Notes under the pieces: model-generated
What the model was told of the DNA's origin: nothing
Databases searched by the model: none
What the model saw: the letters and a program-made list of their open reading frames with translations, nothing else
DNA from: Klebsormidium nitens
Taxonomy: Eukaryota > Plantae > Klebsormidiophyceae
Assembly: GCA_000708835.1 (NCBI GenBank)
Contig: DF237065.1
Location: forward strand, 62,001 to 126,000
Direction of reading: 5' to 3'
Length of the DNA stretch: 64,000 bases
Shown here: one piece after another, positions 35,801 to 48,293 of the stretch
How positions within the stretch are numbered: position 1 is the stretch's first letter
How the letters are laid out: each line of letters begins with the position of its first letter
Program-made: the position numbers and the translations under genes

Positions 35801-38800
35801 CTTACAAGTCTGCTTAAGTTTGTCCTTGATGAGCTTGCAATGTCGAGGGGTGCTCCTTCCGTCCCGCTGCTCTGTCCGTAAAGTCGGCCTAGAAGTCGAG
35901 CTGTCTCACGTACGGCTGAAGCTTTCGAAAGATTAGATGCTCGACTACAGCTGGTCTACACTTTGATGTTACGCATTGTTTAACAGGTTGCTTTAGCTTG
36001 TCGATTACTGGCTGGATATTTGTCGACGATCCCGCTTTTGGCATTGAATCAGACGTCAAGTCGCATAGGGGTGATTGAAATAACAATGACAAAGGGAAGC
36101 ATGAGTGCAGATTTTCGATCATGAGCGACCCCTGTCTCCGTACGAGCACAAACTTGTGGACCTCGTCTCTTTCATAGAACCCTATCTAGACTGAGACCCT
36201 GGCGAATCTGTCAGGTACTGCATCAAGAGCGACAGCGGAAGGGGAGGGCCTTGCTGGCCTACATGTCGGTGCTGTATGGGCCCTTCCATCTGGCGCTGAT
36301 GGAGGCGCTGAACGCAGACAATAGCGGGGAGATCGTAAAGGTCATGGGGGCATTCGGGGAGCTCTTCCCTCCAAACCACAAGCGCCTAACCTTCCCGAAG
36401 TGAGTGCTGTCCTGACAAAAGGGGTCCCTTTTCTCCACCTGAGTCAAGTCAATATTTTGTCCCAGCTCTGAACTGCAAACATTCTCTGTCAAAACGATGG
36501 TCACGACAACACAATATGTGGGGTGCAGTACTTGGAAATAGGCACAATCTTCTGAAGAAAAGGAACCTTGTTAGCTGCTGGATTGCTACGTACACGCCAA
36601 ATCCCGGAGTTTTTCTTCATTCTGATTGCAGTGCATCTCGTAGTTTGGATCGAAAAAGTGTGAAGCCTGACAGGCGTGGTTGCCTGAATTGTGAGGGGTC
36701 GGTGCAAGGGAATGCTCAAAACGTACAAAGAATCCTCTACCAGATAGAATGTTGACTTCTCACGAGTTCCTTTGCTTTTTCCCGGGTCAGCGATTGAACC
36801 TTCGCAGGCTCCATCTCTATAGCGCTCTTTCCGTAAAAGCTTTTCAAGACCCAGCAAAACCACTTTTCTTGTGTGACTTCAGGTCCGAGATAGAGGACCT
36901 GGTGAGAACGTGCAAGGGCCCCCATACACGGGAGCTGCTGCAGAAGATGCTGCAGCATCTTGAGACTACTGTGGGCGTGAGCTGCCACCTGGCTCGCTTT
37001 GGAACGCAGACGTTAATGTCGGACGCTTATCCGGACAACGTTTTCCAGCCAAGGACAGCAGCGCCCGCGACCACCTTCTGGCTTGTCGACGCCCGCGGAA
37101 CGGCGGTCGTCTCGCCCCTCCACGTGGCAGGCTTCAACCAGAGCCCTCACGAGGACTTCCTCCCGTGCGCACGGCGTTTGTACAAGCCGTTCGACGCACT
37201 CGGATGGCGCAGCCTGGCAACCCCGACCTACCACTGGAGGCAACTGCGGCAAACCTACAACAAACCCGAGAGCGGTAAGACATCGTGGAGGATTGCGTAC
37301 CATCAGCTTCTGAAGATAAGGGCTTGAAGACTTTGACGGATTGAGGCCCTATTCTCATTAGCGGCGGACGGCACAACAATTTTTAATCTAAATCTTCTGA
37401 TTGGCTCCGGCGAATGTGGAAAACTTCTACCGCGCTTCCACTAGCAGTTGTGCCGGCGGAACTCGATAAAAAAATGCTTACGTCAGCGGCACAAAAATAT
37501 TAAAAAGTTCGACCCTTGTGCCCCCTCGGGTCGAACTCCTATTTTTCTGTGCCGGGCAACCACGTGGTTGAACTGGCCACTCACAGCCCGAGGTGCTAGA
37601 TTCTGGCGCGCCAGGGCTGCAAGTTGCAACGTAGTGATGACTGTGCACAGGAGGCAAGCACAGCAGCTGTAGGATAGCCTGTAGGGTACCTAGCTGGTCT
37701 TTTGCCTGCTCGGGGTTTAGGGTTTTGCATGCCAGCGTGGCAATTCCCGATTTTGTACCAGGACTTGTGCCGTGGTGTGATTTCACTTGCGGCCGGCACA
37801 ACTTCACGCTTTTCGCTTTTTTGGGCACTTCCGGGCAAGTTCCGGGCAAAAAAGGATTTATTAATTGTTGTGCCGTCCGCCGCCAATGAGAACAGAGCCT
37901 GAAACCACTACAGCAGAATCTCGAGCACTGCCAGATTAGCAGATTGTTGAAGTTGGTCGCTTTTACCCTCGAGGTTGCGGGGTACTACTTGCGCCAAGAT
38001 CTGATGGCAGGTTAATGCTCGAGGCCGCTAGAAGATCCAGAGCTGCTCGAGCAAATCGCGGTGCCCTCTCCTTCCTACACTCTGTCTTTGTCAAGGGCCA
38101 GTGTTCGGATCTCTCCTTTCCTTCCGCAGGTTTCCTCTACAAGCAACCCGTTGACGCCCTGAGCTTGACGAAGATTGAGAAGGCTTTGAGAAATCAGCCT
38201 ACTCTCAAGAGCTTCTCCAAACCGGAGGGCGCTCTTGCTCTAGAGGCTAAGCTGCCCGCTTCGAGGACGGTGTTGCCCTCCGCCGAGAAGCTGCGTGACT
38301 CGGGCGTGCGGGGCAACGGCCTTGCTCTCGCTATCGTGTCATCTGCGCTCAAACAACAACCTCGCACGCTGAGGAGTCAGGTCGGCGCTCATGTGAAGAA
38401 GAAGTACGCGTCCCTCAAGCTTCCAAGGGTGACCTCGCCAGCAGAGGCCGGGCAGTGGGCAAACGGTGAGCGGTTCTTTGAAGTCCGCATAGACTGGTTG
38501 TACTCTAGGCAGCACCTCCTGTTTGCGTTGGCTTAAAGGAGTCAGCTCCTTTGCCGCTGTTCAAAAGGGGCTCCTTTCACCATCTCGCTTGCGTTCAGCT
38601 GTCCTTCTACGGGACTCCTAATACACTCGCCCTGCGAAAGCATATTCGAAGTGCTGCCTTTCCTTCTTTAGCGAGACTTCTTGTGTTTAACCGTCGCGGT
38701 CATCGTCCGCCGAATTTCAGTGTGCGCGAAACTGCTGATCTCGTTTTCCCGGGCTGATGAAAAGTGAGACACTTGGTGCAGTAGGTTCGAATGGAGCACA

Positions 38801-39115
38801 TCTGCAGGTGGTCCCTGCTTTCTACAAAGCTTCTGAAGCCCATACAGCCGCTGCTTTAATGCTCAATGTAACGGTTGACTCTTTTAATTTGCAGAGCACG
38901 CGCAGGAGGGCTCAGGCCTGGAGCTCGACTTCGTGCATGCGGCAGCCAGCTGCAAGGGCATCAACTTGGTGGTCGCTCTCGTGAACAAGGCCGGGCAGCT
39001 TCGGTACTACCAGGCCATTGGCGATGACAAGAAGCCGGAGGTGTCGTATGTGTTCGGTTTTGCAGACGGCGTTTACAGCCCTATCGGCTGGCGGAAGGAC
39101 GAGGACGATGAGTAG
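26896..39115 (+). CDS. Uncharacterised ~1,450-1,550 aa multidomain protein: dynamin-like GTPase, helical region, TAGT/GREB1-like GT-A fold, OTU-like fold (all with degenerate catalytic motifs)
   Basis: 21 phase-consistent exons: (27417 or upstream)-27705, 28029-28153, 28310-28452, 28833-29069, 29523-29766, 30104-30316, 30676-30909, 31163-31336, 31671-31790, 31975-32072, 32257-32443, 32698-32796, 32990-33218, 33526-33817, 34250-34336, 34695-34953, 35508-35762, 36215-36399, 36883-37274, 38130-38465, 38895-39115. The true start (26896 versus 27417) is uncertain. The gene is well supported; the domain names are inferred from motifs. Confidence 0.8.
37345..37899. mobile_element. PIF/Harbinger-type MITE (~555 bp) in an intron of the multidomain gene
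   Basis: TIR GGCCCTATTCTCATTAGCGGCGGACGGCACAACAATT versus AATTGTTGTGCCGTCCGCCGCCAATGAGAACAGAGCC (3 mismatches). TGA on both flanks (TNA-type TSD). Confidence 0.88.
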
Positions 39116-40120
39116 GTCGTGCCCAGGAGGAGTTGTGGTTGCTCAGAACAGTATCTGTAACTGAGCGGTTGTAAATTACGTCGGTTAGGGTCAGCTAAGT
39201 GTCCTTGTGGGTGTCGGTCACGTCTACCGCGCTGGTTTCGAGAGAGAAGCCTCGCAGTTGAAGACTGACGTCAGAACTGATCAGCGGTCGGTCTCACTTA
39301 TTGCAAGGGGCTTGTCTAGTATGTACATTACCTTAAATGAACACTCGAGAAGATGTTTGTCAGGCTAAAAAATAGCGTCCTCCTACACCCTCAAGCACCG
39401 ACTTTACAGTCTCGATGCAAGATGCAACCCTGCCCTATCACGTCCTCTGATTCAGAGAATGCACGTACCTATGTGCGTTTTCTTACCAATCTGGACTATG
39501 CATATCCAATTAGCTCAAATACATGCATGCGCTCACCAAATATACTCATTCTTGTGCCGCTAATGCAACGTGACCAGGACATATTCTAGATACACGCACC
39601 ATGTTTTCAATTAACACACGGAACAGCTTGTTGACGCACGTTTTGTGCAGCTATCGCGGTGATGTGCCAGCTTTGAATACAGAGACTCACTGACATATCA
39701 TGCGCACAAGCTTAGTATAGGTATAGGTGCTTATAAGGATCGATCGAGTGCAATGATCTGCCACATGTGGCATGATTGTCGTTTACCGTACCTATACTGT
39801 CCACACATGACGTACATGATTGACTAAGTGCATGCGCTGAAGGTGTCGGATTGAAGAGCATTATATAGAGCGTGCGTGCTACGTGACCACGACGGAATTT
39901 GTTGCTCAGCTTGCGTCATTCGACTCCAGAGCTCGTGAAATCTAGCGATCAAAAGCCTTTCTGAAGCAATTTTATATAACCGATTTGTGATGCGTTGACT
40001 TGCTAACAGGGGTACCATTCAATCTACACTATTATAAACGTTGATGTAAGACGTCACGGATCCAAGTCTACCGTCAACATGCTGACCGCAACGTAAGCGC
40101 ATACCCAGGTGGCCCTTCTT

Positions 40121-43100
40121 CTACTCACGTAAATTGCTGTCCGACCGGGCTTCGTACGCTTGCGCGGTCCGTCGCCTGGTCAGCTCGGGGCAGGCCTCTC
40201 CCAGGGCTCCCGCTGACGTCACCATAAGCTGGAGAGCACACTCTGACGCCCCCCGAGCGGTCAGCGACATGCCCAGCTCGAAGACACGTGTCCACCCGTG
40301 GCCGCGAGCGCGCACAGCGCCAATTCCCTGAAGCCCACTGGCAGGACCTCTGCCGCCGTTGCGTCCGAACCGTCGCTGACGTCAGGGAGAGCGCCCGCGA
40401 GGCTCGAGCAAGTAGGCCGCCTTGGCGAGACCGCCGGAGATGCCACGTGGCGCATCCGGACAAAATTCCAAATTGTCTGACGGGGTTCCCCTAGTGTCCT
40501 TATCTTCCCCAATGCTCGGGCGACTGGGTGCCCCGTTCGGAGAAGAAGGGCTTGCGCTACCGCTGCTGACGTCACTTGCGCTTTCTGCTGCCGTTTCCTC
40601 CAGGATTCCGAAACAGCGCACGCTGTTGCGGAGCTTTGTGACGGCCCCCGCCCGCAAAGCATGCTGGCCCGCCCTGCGCCGCCGCCGGACGTGTGAATGC
40701 CCACCAGCCCCGGGTTTTCACACCTGCTCCTGGAGGATCCTCTCCTGGCACGGGCGTCGCCGCCGCCGACTTGCTGACGTCACCCTTTGTTTTCTTGGTT
40801 TCGCGCCGGTGGACGCGCTCGGCGGCCGCGGGATTGTGAAGTTCGACTCCGGCCGCTTGACCTCGTTCTAGGGGCTGGCTTTCCCGCTTCCAGGAGCCGG
40901 GGTTTGCGCGGGTTTCATGTCGGGTTGCGCTGATTCCAGCGCGATGTTCAGCCGCTCGATCCAGGGCCCGTCGCGCGCGAACCACTCGCGCATCTTTCGA
41001 ACGTCGCGGCTCCAAGCGGCCGCGAAAGTACGTATTTCTGGAGTGTTACTGCAGAGGCGATCCGACTCAATTCCAGCGCCGCCTGTTCTGGGCTCAGGGC
41101 CTCCTGTAGAACGGGGTCCTCAGCGGTCTGCACCGTGGACCCGCTCCGACTCTCGCTCCTTTTCCCGTCATCCTTAGCCGACGCTTTCTTGGTCAGCTTC
41201 TTTGCGCCCCCTCCTTTCCCTTTTGCCTGGAATTATCCTCCTGCACTTTTCTTTCCCGCTCAACATAACCCGGCCGCTTGTCCCAGGCCCTCACGATTCT
41301 CTTCCAACTCGCCGCCCCACTCGCCACCCGTTCGGTTTCCCCCCTCCCGCACTGCCCCTTCAACAACTCTCACGGCGAGCTCGAACGCGCGTGGATGGGC
41401 TGCGAGGTCGCCCTTCCGGGCGGCCCACGCCTTTTCACACCCGCCCGCAAGGTGTAAATGCACTCCCAGCATTTGAGCGGCAGCATCGGCGGGGGATCGG
41501 CGGAATCTTTCGACCGACAGCAAGAAAGTTATTCTCAAACGACGGCCAGTCTGGATCCGTCGGTAGTTTCCCTCTAGTAGTCGATTCTGCGCCTCTGCTT
41601 CTCGTCTCACCTTCTCCCCAGCCTCTTCTTTCCCCCTTCTTTCGACCCTATCGCCGCAGCAGAGCTTCCCGACCTGGGCGCATTTTCACTCTCTTTGGAG
41701 ACGCTCTTTCTGTGGAGTGTGAAGACCCCCAGGTCCATTATTCCAACAGCTTTCACCGCCTCGACCTCCGCTGTAACCGCCAGCCTTTCGAACAGCTGTG
41801 ACCTCAGCCCGGCCGCAACCTTCACAGCTCCTGACGTCAGCCCAGCCGTCTGATTGATCGTCGCCAACACACGTGGCAGCCGGCGAGCAGGGGCTGTATC
41901 GCCGGGCATTTTTCGGGTAGGTTCGCAGGGAGCGGGACCACCCGGTTGTAGAACCGGGTCACCGCTTTGTACACTAAAGGGGCGCATGTACACAGCGCCG
42001 CGGCCTGCGCCGCGATCAGCAGGCGGTGCGCTTGATTGTGGCGCTCGACTTGCGATGGAAGGAGCGAGTGCGGGGTTTGGGCGGGGTTTAGCGCGCGCAG
42101 CGGCCTGGGCGCGGCTTTGGACTCCATAAAAAGGACCTGGGTCGCGCAGGAAAAGAAGGTGACGTCAGTGGATTGGGCGACTGCTGCAAGCGGGACGGCT
42201 TCAGGAGGATAAAAGTTTAATGTATGTTTTTGATCTACAACACGACTCTCAATTTGAAGGAGGACTTAGGGTTGTTGGAGTTGATAAGCCTCAAACATGT
42301 TTCCACCTTTTCGAATAGAGGTGTAACCCACTGTGCACACGTCTAACTTTGCTCGCTGCTTCATTGACCGTGCGAAAGCTGGAGAGACGAAGTCAACTTT
42401 TCCTCAGTCCTGCCTCCCTTCTCTTTGTGTTTTCGAACACTTTGAAGTTTGGTGAGCAACATGCGCCTCCGCTTTCGTATGCTTTTCAAAAGACTGTTCT
42501 ACTGACTGTGATCCTTGAAACTTTTGACTGCCTCTTTGACCCCGGGGACCACATAGCTACCAATCCTCACCTGGACGAAGCTTCTGAGCAGCGTGTGGGG
42601 CGCCCCCCGAGTCCCGCGTCTCCGTCGCCGTGAGCTGGTCGCCGAAAAGTCGCTCCACCCCGTCTTCATCCACTGCTACCTTCTCCACCGAATGGGCGAC
42701 CACCGGCCGCGCCGCGGATAGCGCGTCTTTTGGGCACCCCACCCGGTGAGCGTCAGTGTCAGGTACGCTTGACACCGTAGTTTTGGCAGGGGTGACCGGG
42801 GGGTTGCTGGGCCCGACGGTGTCAGTGAGGGCGCCAGTCGCATCGTAGAAAGCGAGCGCGAAGATGTAGCGCTCGTTGGGCGTCAGGCCCGAGACGGTGA
42901 TGACATCAGAGAGGGGGGCGCACGTGCCCGCCTGCAGATGGAAAGTCCGGTAGTGAGTTGAAAGCTACCCGCAAACCTTCGAAAAGTGATGGAAGCTTTC
43001 TTGGTGGTGGCCACAGAAATCGGAAAGGTTCATAAGGCGTTAGTCAGGAGACATGGAGGTACGGCAGCGATGCAGCGAAACCAGAAGCTTTTGGCCGAGT

Positions 43101-46100
43101 AGTATAACCAGATAAAAGTAGAGTTTCGAGCGGTGAAGCGGAAATCTATCATTCTCAACTTCTAGGGACAATCAACTTACGCACAGGCTACGTCTACTCT
43201 GCGTCGGATTTGGTTTGCCTTCAGGATAGGCAAATCTTAGCTCATACTACAAAGGAAAGATAAGGATCAGCACCTGTCCCGGGGGAAGTCTGTGTTGTGC
43301 AGCGAGACCCCCACTCCGCTCCCCGCGACCTTCCCAAATACCGCGTGCGCGACCCGCTTTCCGTCCGGCGAGTCCCTTCCGCCGGAGCTCTTTCCGCTCT
43401 CTGATCGGGCAGGAAAAGCAGCAGCGGGCCGAATGGTTACCGACACACTGGTCCTCGTCAAGATGAGGGGGCCCGGAACGCCTCTACTAAACTGGTCCCT
43501 TCGCCGGCTAAGGCCAGAGCGCGCGCGCTTTCCTTCAGGGCGCGCGCGTTTTATGAGCTCCGCCTGCGCCTGCTGCAGGAAGAGCGCGCGGTCGGCTTGA
43601 GACGGGCGCGTCACGGCGATCTGTGTGAGCGCGCGCGCGCGCTGGTAGGGGTTGGCGTTGCACTCTCCGCGAAGCTCCTTTTCGACCTGCGGATGTGGAG
43701 TGGGGAGGTTGAATTCTGGGGTACGAAGTTCCAAAAGTTCTGAAAAGTTCTGAAAATTTTAGAAGGAAAAACGTAAGTTCGCCCGAGAGAGACGGCGAGG
43801 TTGTTTGCTGAAAAAACCAACGATCTAAGCATCCAGCTCGTACCTGCAGACAGTGAATTACATCCTAATGTATGCTTGACCTGCCGCTTGAACAGGATTA
43901 CTGCAAAGACTAGGAAGGAGGCAAACTTTCAACAGAACTTTCAGCGGCAAGCAGACCCCGAGAAATGGCGTCACAACAGCTGGTTCTCTTCAACAAGCAG
44001 AGCTCGTGAGATACCCTGACTGGTACGTGAACACAAAGTACAAGATCAACAGATCCTCAACGGAAGACTTCGGAGAAACGGGTGTTCTGGAGCCGAGTTG
44101 ACGGAAGACTTCGGGGAAACTGGTGCCAAATGATTTATTCAGCCCACGCTGCACAGTTAAGTCTGCTTCCACCGAAGCTCGAATCTCTTTCGGTCTCCGA
44201 CCCCTATGCACAACGCCAAACTGCAAATCAAACCGCGAAAAGCGAGGCAATGAGGAGCAAAGCGCAAGAGAACCCAAAAGCTATTGCAGGCAAAGCAAAA
44301 CGAAATTGCGGAGAACAAGGGAAAAAATTTCGTGGCATAGCCCACCTTTCCGGAAAGCCGCGGCGGCCGGCCGACGCGTGTCAGCCTGTCCTGCGCCTCC
44401 TTCTTCCCCTTGAGCGTCATCGCACCAAAGATGCTCGACTGCTGCTCGCGCTTGCGCAGCGTGCTCTCCTCGCGGCTCAGCCGCGCAGCCGCCTCCGCGG
44501 CCTCCGCGTGCCCGCCCAGCCGCTGCAGAATATACCTGTCGGTTATTTCTGATTCGATGGCTCGTCAACTCCAACCAAGCCAGTCCCGTTGTCTTGATTC
44601 GGGTTCTTTCAATCCGCCACAGAAGAATGAAACTTCGTTTCGGAGAATCATCTGTCTAGCTTTAGTTCACACTCCACTGCTGGCCGACAATCTGACCGTC
44701 CAGTCATGCCACTGACGGGAATTTGGCTAAAGGGTTTCTCTTATGAGGATAAGCGGCTACATTTTGCGCCGAAGCGTCCGATGAATCTTGTACAATGACC
44801 ATTTGCTGGACACCGACCTTCCGAGGAGTTGTAAGCAGTGCTCAATTGAGCCCCACGAGAAGATAAGACTTGTTTAATACCGACAGTGACAAGAACCGAC
44901 CGGAGTCCGCCAGGGGATGCTAGCTGAGCTCTCAAACTTACAAGCCGCAGTTGGCAGTACGTCATCAGGAGGTCCACGTGGCAGCTCCTCAGCACCTTCT
45001 GCGCCTCGTCGCCCAGGCCGCCCTCCCGCGCCTCCGCCCAACTCGGGTCGCTGACGTCATCGTGACGCGCACTTCTTGCTTGCGGTTATGACAGCAACGC
45101 AGGTACTCATCACCGGTGGGCAGCTCCTGTGCCGCTTGATCTGAAATGATCTGCAAGCGCAAAATAAAGGGGCTTATTCCTCATAAATTCCAGGCCGAGT
45201 ATCACAACCTATTCCGAGCGCAGGGTCTCCCAACATTGGGCAGCTCATGCGGCGCTCCATCTCTTAGACTCTGCAAGGTCCAAGCAAGAGGGCTTCGTTC
45301 TCATTCTTCCACAACTACAAGGATTAAGTATGAGTCCGTGATGTCGGGTCTAATCATTTACTTCAGAAAAGCAGCCTGTCATCCGGAGATACTCATCAAG
45401 TGGGCAGCTCCTACGCCACTTACTCTTCAAACAATATGCGGATCAACAACAGAACAATCAGCCTAAGGATGCTTGGATGCCTCTTCGGTGGTTCGCACAT
45501 GCTGCAACCGTCCTTCTCAGAGCCTTTACTGCTGACTCATCAAGGTACTCTTCAGCTTTGGGCAGCGGAGATTCTCAAAAGCTCTCCTCATGGAGCCCAG
45601 TTGCCTCTTCGAGCTTGCACAAACAATGGTCTCCCCAATGTCCCCACATGTTGCCACAAACTTAATGCAGGTTTCGACTTCTCCCAGTTCGAGGCTTACC
45701 ATAGAAGCCCCATACCTCAACGCTTGCTCCAAGATGTCTCGGAAGTCTCTCCCCAACATGCCTCCCGCTACCGCAGCTATTGATTCTTGCTCGGCAGACG
45801 ACAGGTGCTGAGCATTATCGGCTGATCATCGTGCGGCACGTGTGACACTTGAGACCATGCGGGTCTGCATCATCTGAAGGAAGGCCCAAAGAGTGGTATC
45901 AGGATCGATATATCAAGGTGCAATTTGTCAGCGAAAGAGCCTGGGAAGGCGATTACTTCTAGCGTGGAAAGAGCTAAACCGTGCGAATGTGCTCTCCGTC
46001 AGCTACAACAACTTGCATGGAATCACCGGCCCTCCAAGGGAGACAATTTGCACCAACCCTTATATACCGAATACATTTATAAGCCATGCGAACTATCTAC

Positions 46101-47330
46101 TATCCGTCAGCTATGACATTCTACCAAGGATGGCGGCCCTGCAGGCCAGACAGGTTGCACCGACCCTTCTTTACAGAAGAAATCTCAGGGCCGTGCAATG
46201 AGGCTGTTTTTTGCCGTAAGCTATAACATTCTACCGGGAATGGCCGGCCCTGCAGGCAGAAAACTGGCACCAACCCTTCCGTGCAATTTGTCTAGCAGGG
46301 TCGCACAGCGGCTGCCTTCTCACCTGACCGTGTCTTCAGTTGCTCCTTGCAGTCACGGCGCCCCTCACGGGGGCGGGGGCTCCTGCTCGAGAGTTCATCT
46401 CTGCGGACGCCCTGCCCTACTCGAGGTGGCCCGCAGCCGACAAAGCGACGGCTCGCTGAAAGCCCTCGAGCAGGGCCGACTTTGGGACGTCAGCCAGCGC
46501 ATGGAGGCGCTCGTGGCAGCCCCGAAGGCCCCACGTCAGGCAGCCTCCGTCCAGAAAGGGCCGGCCGACCCGCATGCCTCCCTCGCCAGCCCACCCACGC
46601 TCCCCGCGTCACTTTGCCAGACGCGCCCCCCCTCACGGCCGCCTTCAGAAGCGCGCTCCTGACCCAACTTTGGATTGTCGGTGAGGGAGACACCGTCTGC
46701 GCTCGAGACACGGGGGGGCGCTGAGCGGGTCCTCTTGCCTTTCCCATGGTCGTCTTTGAGGCCTGCATGAGAAGAGCGTGGAACCTCAGTTGGAGGAGAA
46801 GGAGGGCCATGCCTATGGGGAACTGGGAACACTGTGATCAATGGCATGTACCAGAAATCGAGGGCTTCACTTCTAAACAGAACAGACCTTTCTTCGATAC
46901 ACTGCAAGGAATACTTGCCCTACCCGTGCATATGCATTGTTAATGGCAGGTGTACCGAGAATCAGGAGCTTTACTTCAAGAAGAACAGACCTTCCTTTGG
47001 TACAAGGGAGGTTTGCAGCATCACCTGGAGTGCGATGCAGAAACCTTCATCCTCGTCACAATCTGCATCGATGGGGGCCCATGGATCTCTTGCTGCGGGA
47101 TCGACCTGGACAGAGGACACCAGATACTCAACACCTCAGGAGAGCCCTAGCGACACCCCACCTTGGTGCTGCGCTAACGCAGTCTTTGCGGATGCTCGGG
47201 TCCGTGCTGCGACTTGCTACCCCGTTCATTCCAATCTTCGCACAGTACATCATTGGTTGCGCTGCGCTTTGAGCTCCACGGGCAGCCAACAAGCTGGTAA
47301 TCAGTGCAGAGATTGAGCGCAACCACCTGG
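40121..47330 (-). pseudogene. CFAP54: CFAP54 (FAP54, central-pair C1d projection) pseudogene fragment
   Basis: Segments align from memory to the CFAP54 N-terminal half: CHVDLLMTYCQLRL; EKELRGECNANPYQRARAL; VPGPLILTRTSVSVTIRP..AVFGKVAGSGVGVSLHNTDFP; ITVSGLTPNERYIFALAFYDATG (cf. VPPPPILLSRTHCSVTLKP and VKGLETNEKYVFAVAAY). In-frame stops at 46536-38 and 46417-19; frameshifts near 43283, 42785/42751, 41875, 41045 and 40300. Confidence 0.82.
45985..46300. repeat. Three degenerate ~110-120-bp tandem units in a CFAP54 intron
   Basis: GCTA(C/T)(A/G)ACA..GG..GGCCCT(G/C)CA..GCACC(A/G)ACCCTT recurs at ~46000, 46110 and 46220. Confidence 0.75.
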
Positions 47331-48293
47331 ACAGCCAGAAGCTGAGAGGAGTGATGAAATTGCCTCCTACCGTCACGCTTTCAGCGCATCCCTGCAATCC
47401 CATCAGGTAGCAGGCCGCACTAGTTTCAAAACCTTTCTTACACTTGCAGCTTGTCGCTGTAAGCAGCGAGCTTCCTCAAAGGAAACCTCCACCAACTGGC
47501 AGCGACTGTACAACGTTGAGAAAGACAAAGGGCCTGACCTTACCTCTCCTGAGCAATTGGGCTCTATCTGCTTGGTGCGTCCTGAACTGCTTCATTCTTC
47601 GGATGCAAATGCCAGCTAGGCAGGCCAAGACTCTGAGGAGTCCTATTTCATGGGAAACCGTTACAAGCAGGCGGCAGCAAGGTGATGATTCTCACTTTTT
47701 AAATATTGGCCACGCTCACCCCCCCCGATGAAGCGGCCCCCAGGATTCAGCCGCGCACTCTTGGATTCATCCTATCTACATCCAACGCCTCACCGGTGAT
47801 GAAACCCCCAAAGTTGTGTCCTGCAAGCGCCCTGCTGCCCCCTTCTACCTCTCTTCTTTGCCCTCTGGGGGATCCCTCTGGGCTATACCGAAACCATCTC
47901 TCTTTCAACACCTAGGTACTCGTACTGGTCGGCCCACGGACGGGCGGCCGCCCGGCTCAGGAGGCGCGGCCGGCCAGGCGGCCTCAGGAGTCAGGATCAT
48001 TGACACACTATTAGTATTAATTAGTATGCATGCATGTAGACGGTGACCACTGGGTGGAGGCTGCCAACTTCCACCTTTCCCGGCAATTGGTAAATTCTCA
48101 AAGCACAAGCAACTGAGGCCGCTGCGCAAGTTGATCGTTATCTTACTTGTAAATTGCTTGTACATTCTACAGATGCGAGTTGGCAGGTCCATCAAGTCTT
48201 CTGCTATGATGCTGCCGCCCGGTCTTTCCTATCCCACTCAGACGGAAGGCATGTCAGCACCTTAACGCCACATGCGTTGCAGCCCCGCACAGT

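Noticed and set aside
37500-37540. GTTCGA hairpin resembling a tRNA T-arm
   Set aside because: Lies inside the Harbinger MITE; no cloverleaf or A-box. No tRNA or rRNA gene was seen in the window.
46950-47316. Plus-strand ORFs suggesting a separate small gene
   Set aside because: The minus strand gives a better acceptor and frame (47105-46991) continuous with the CFAP54 remnant. The duplicated segment at ~46845-46905 is a donor echo.
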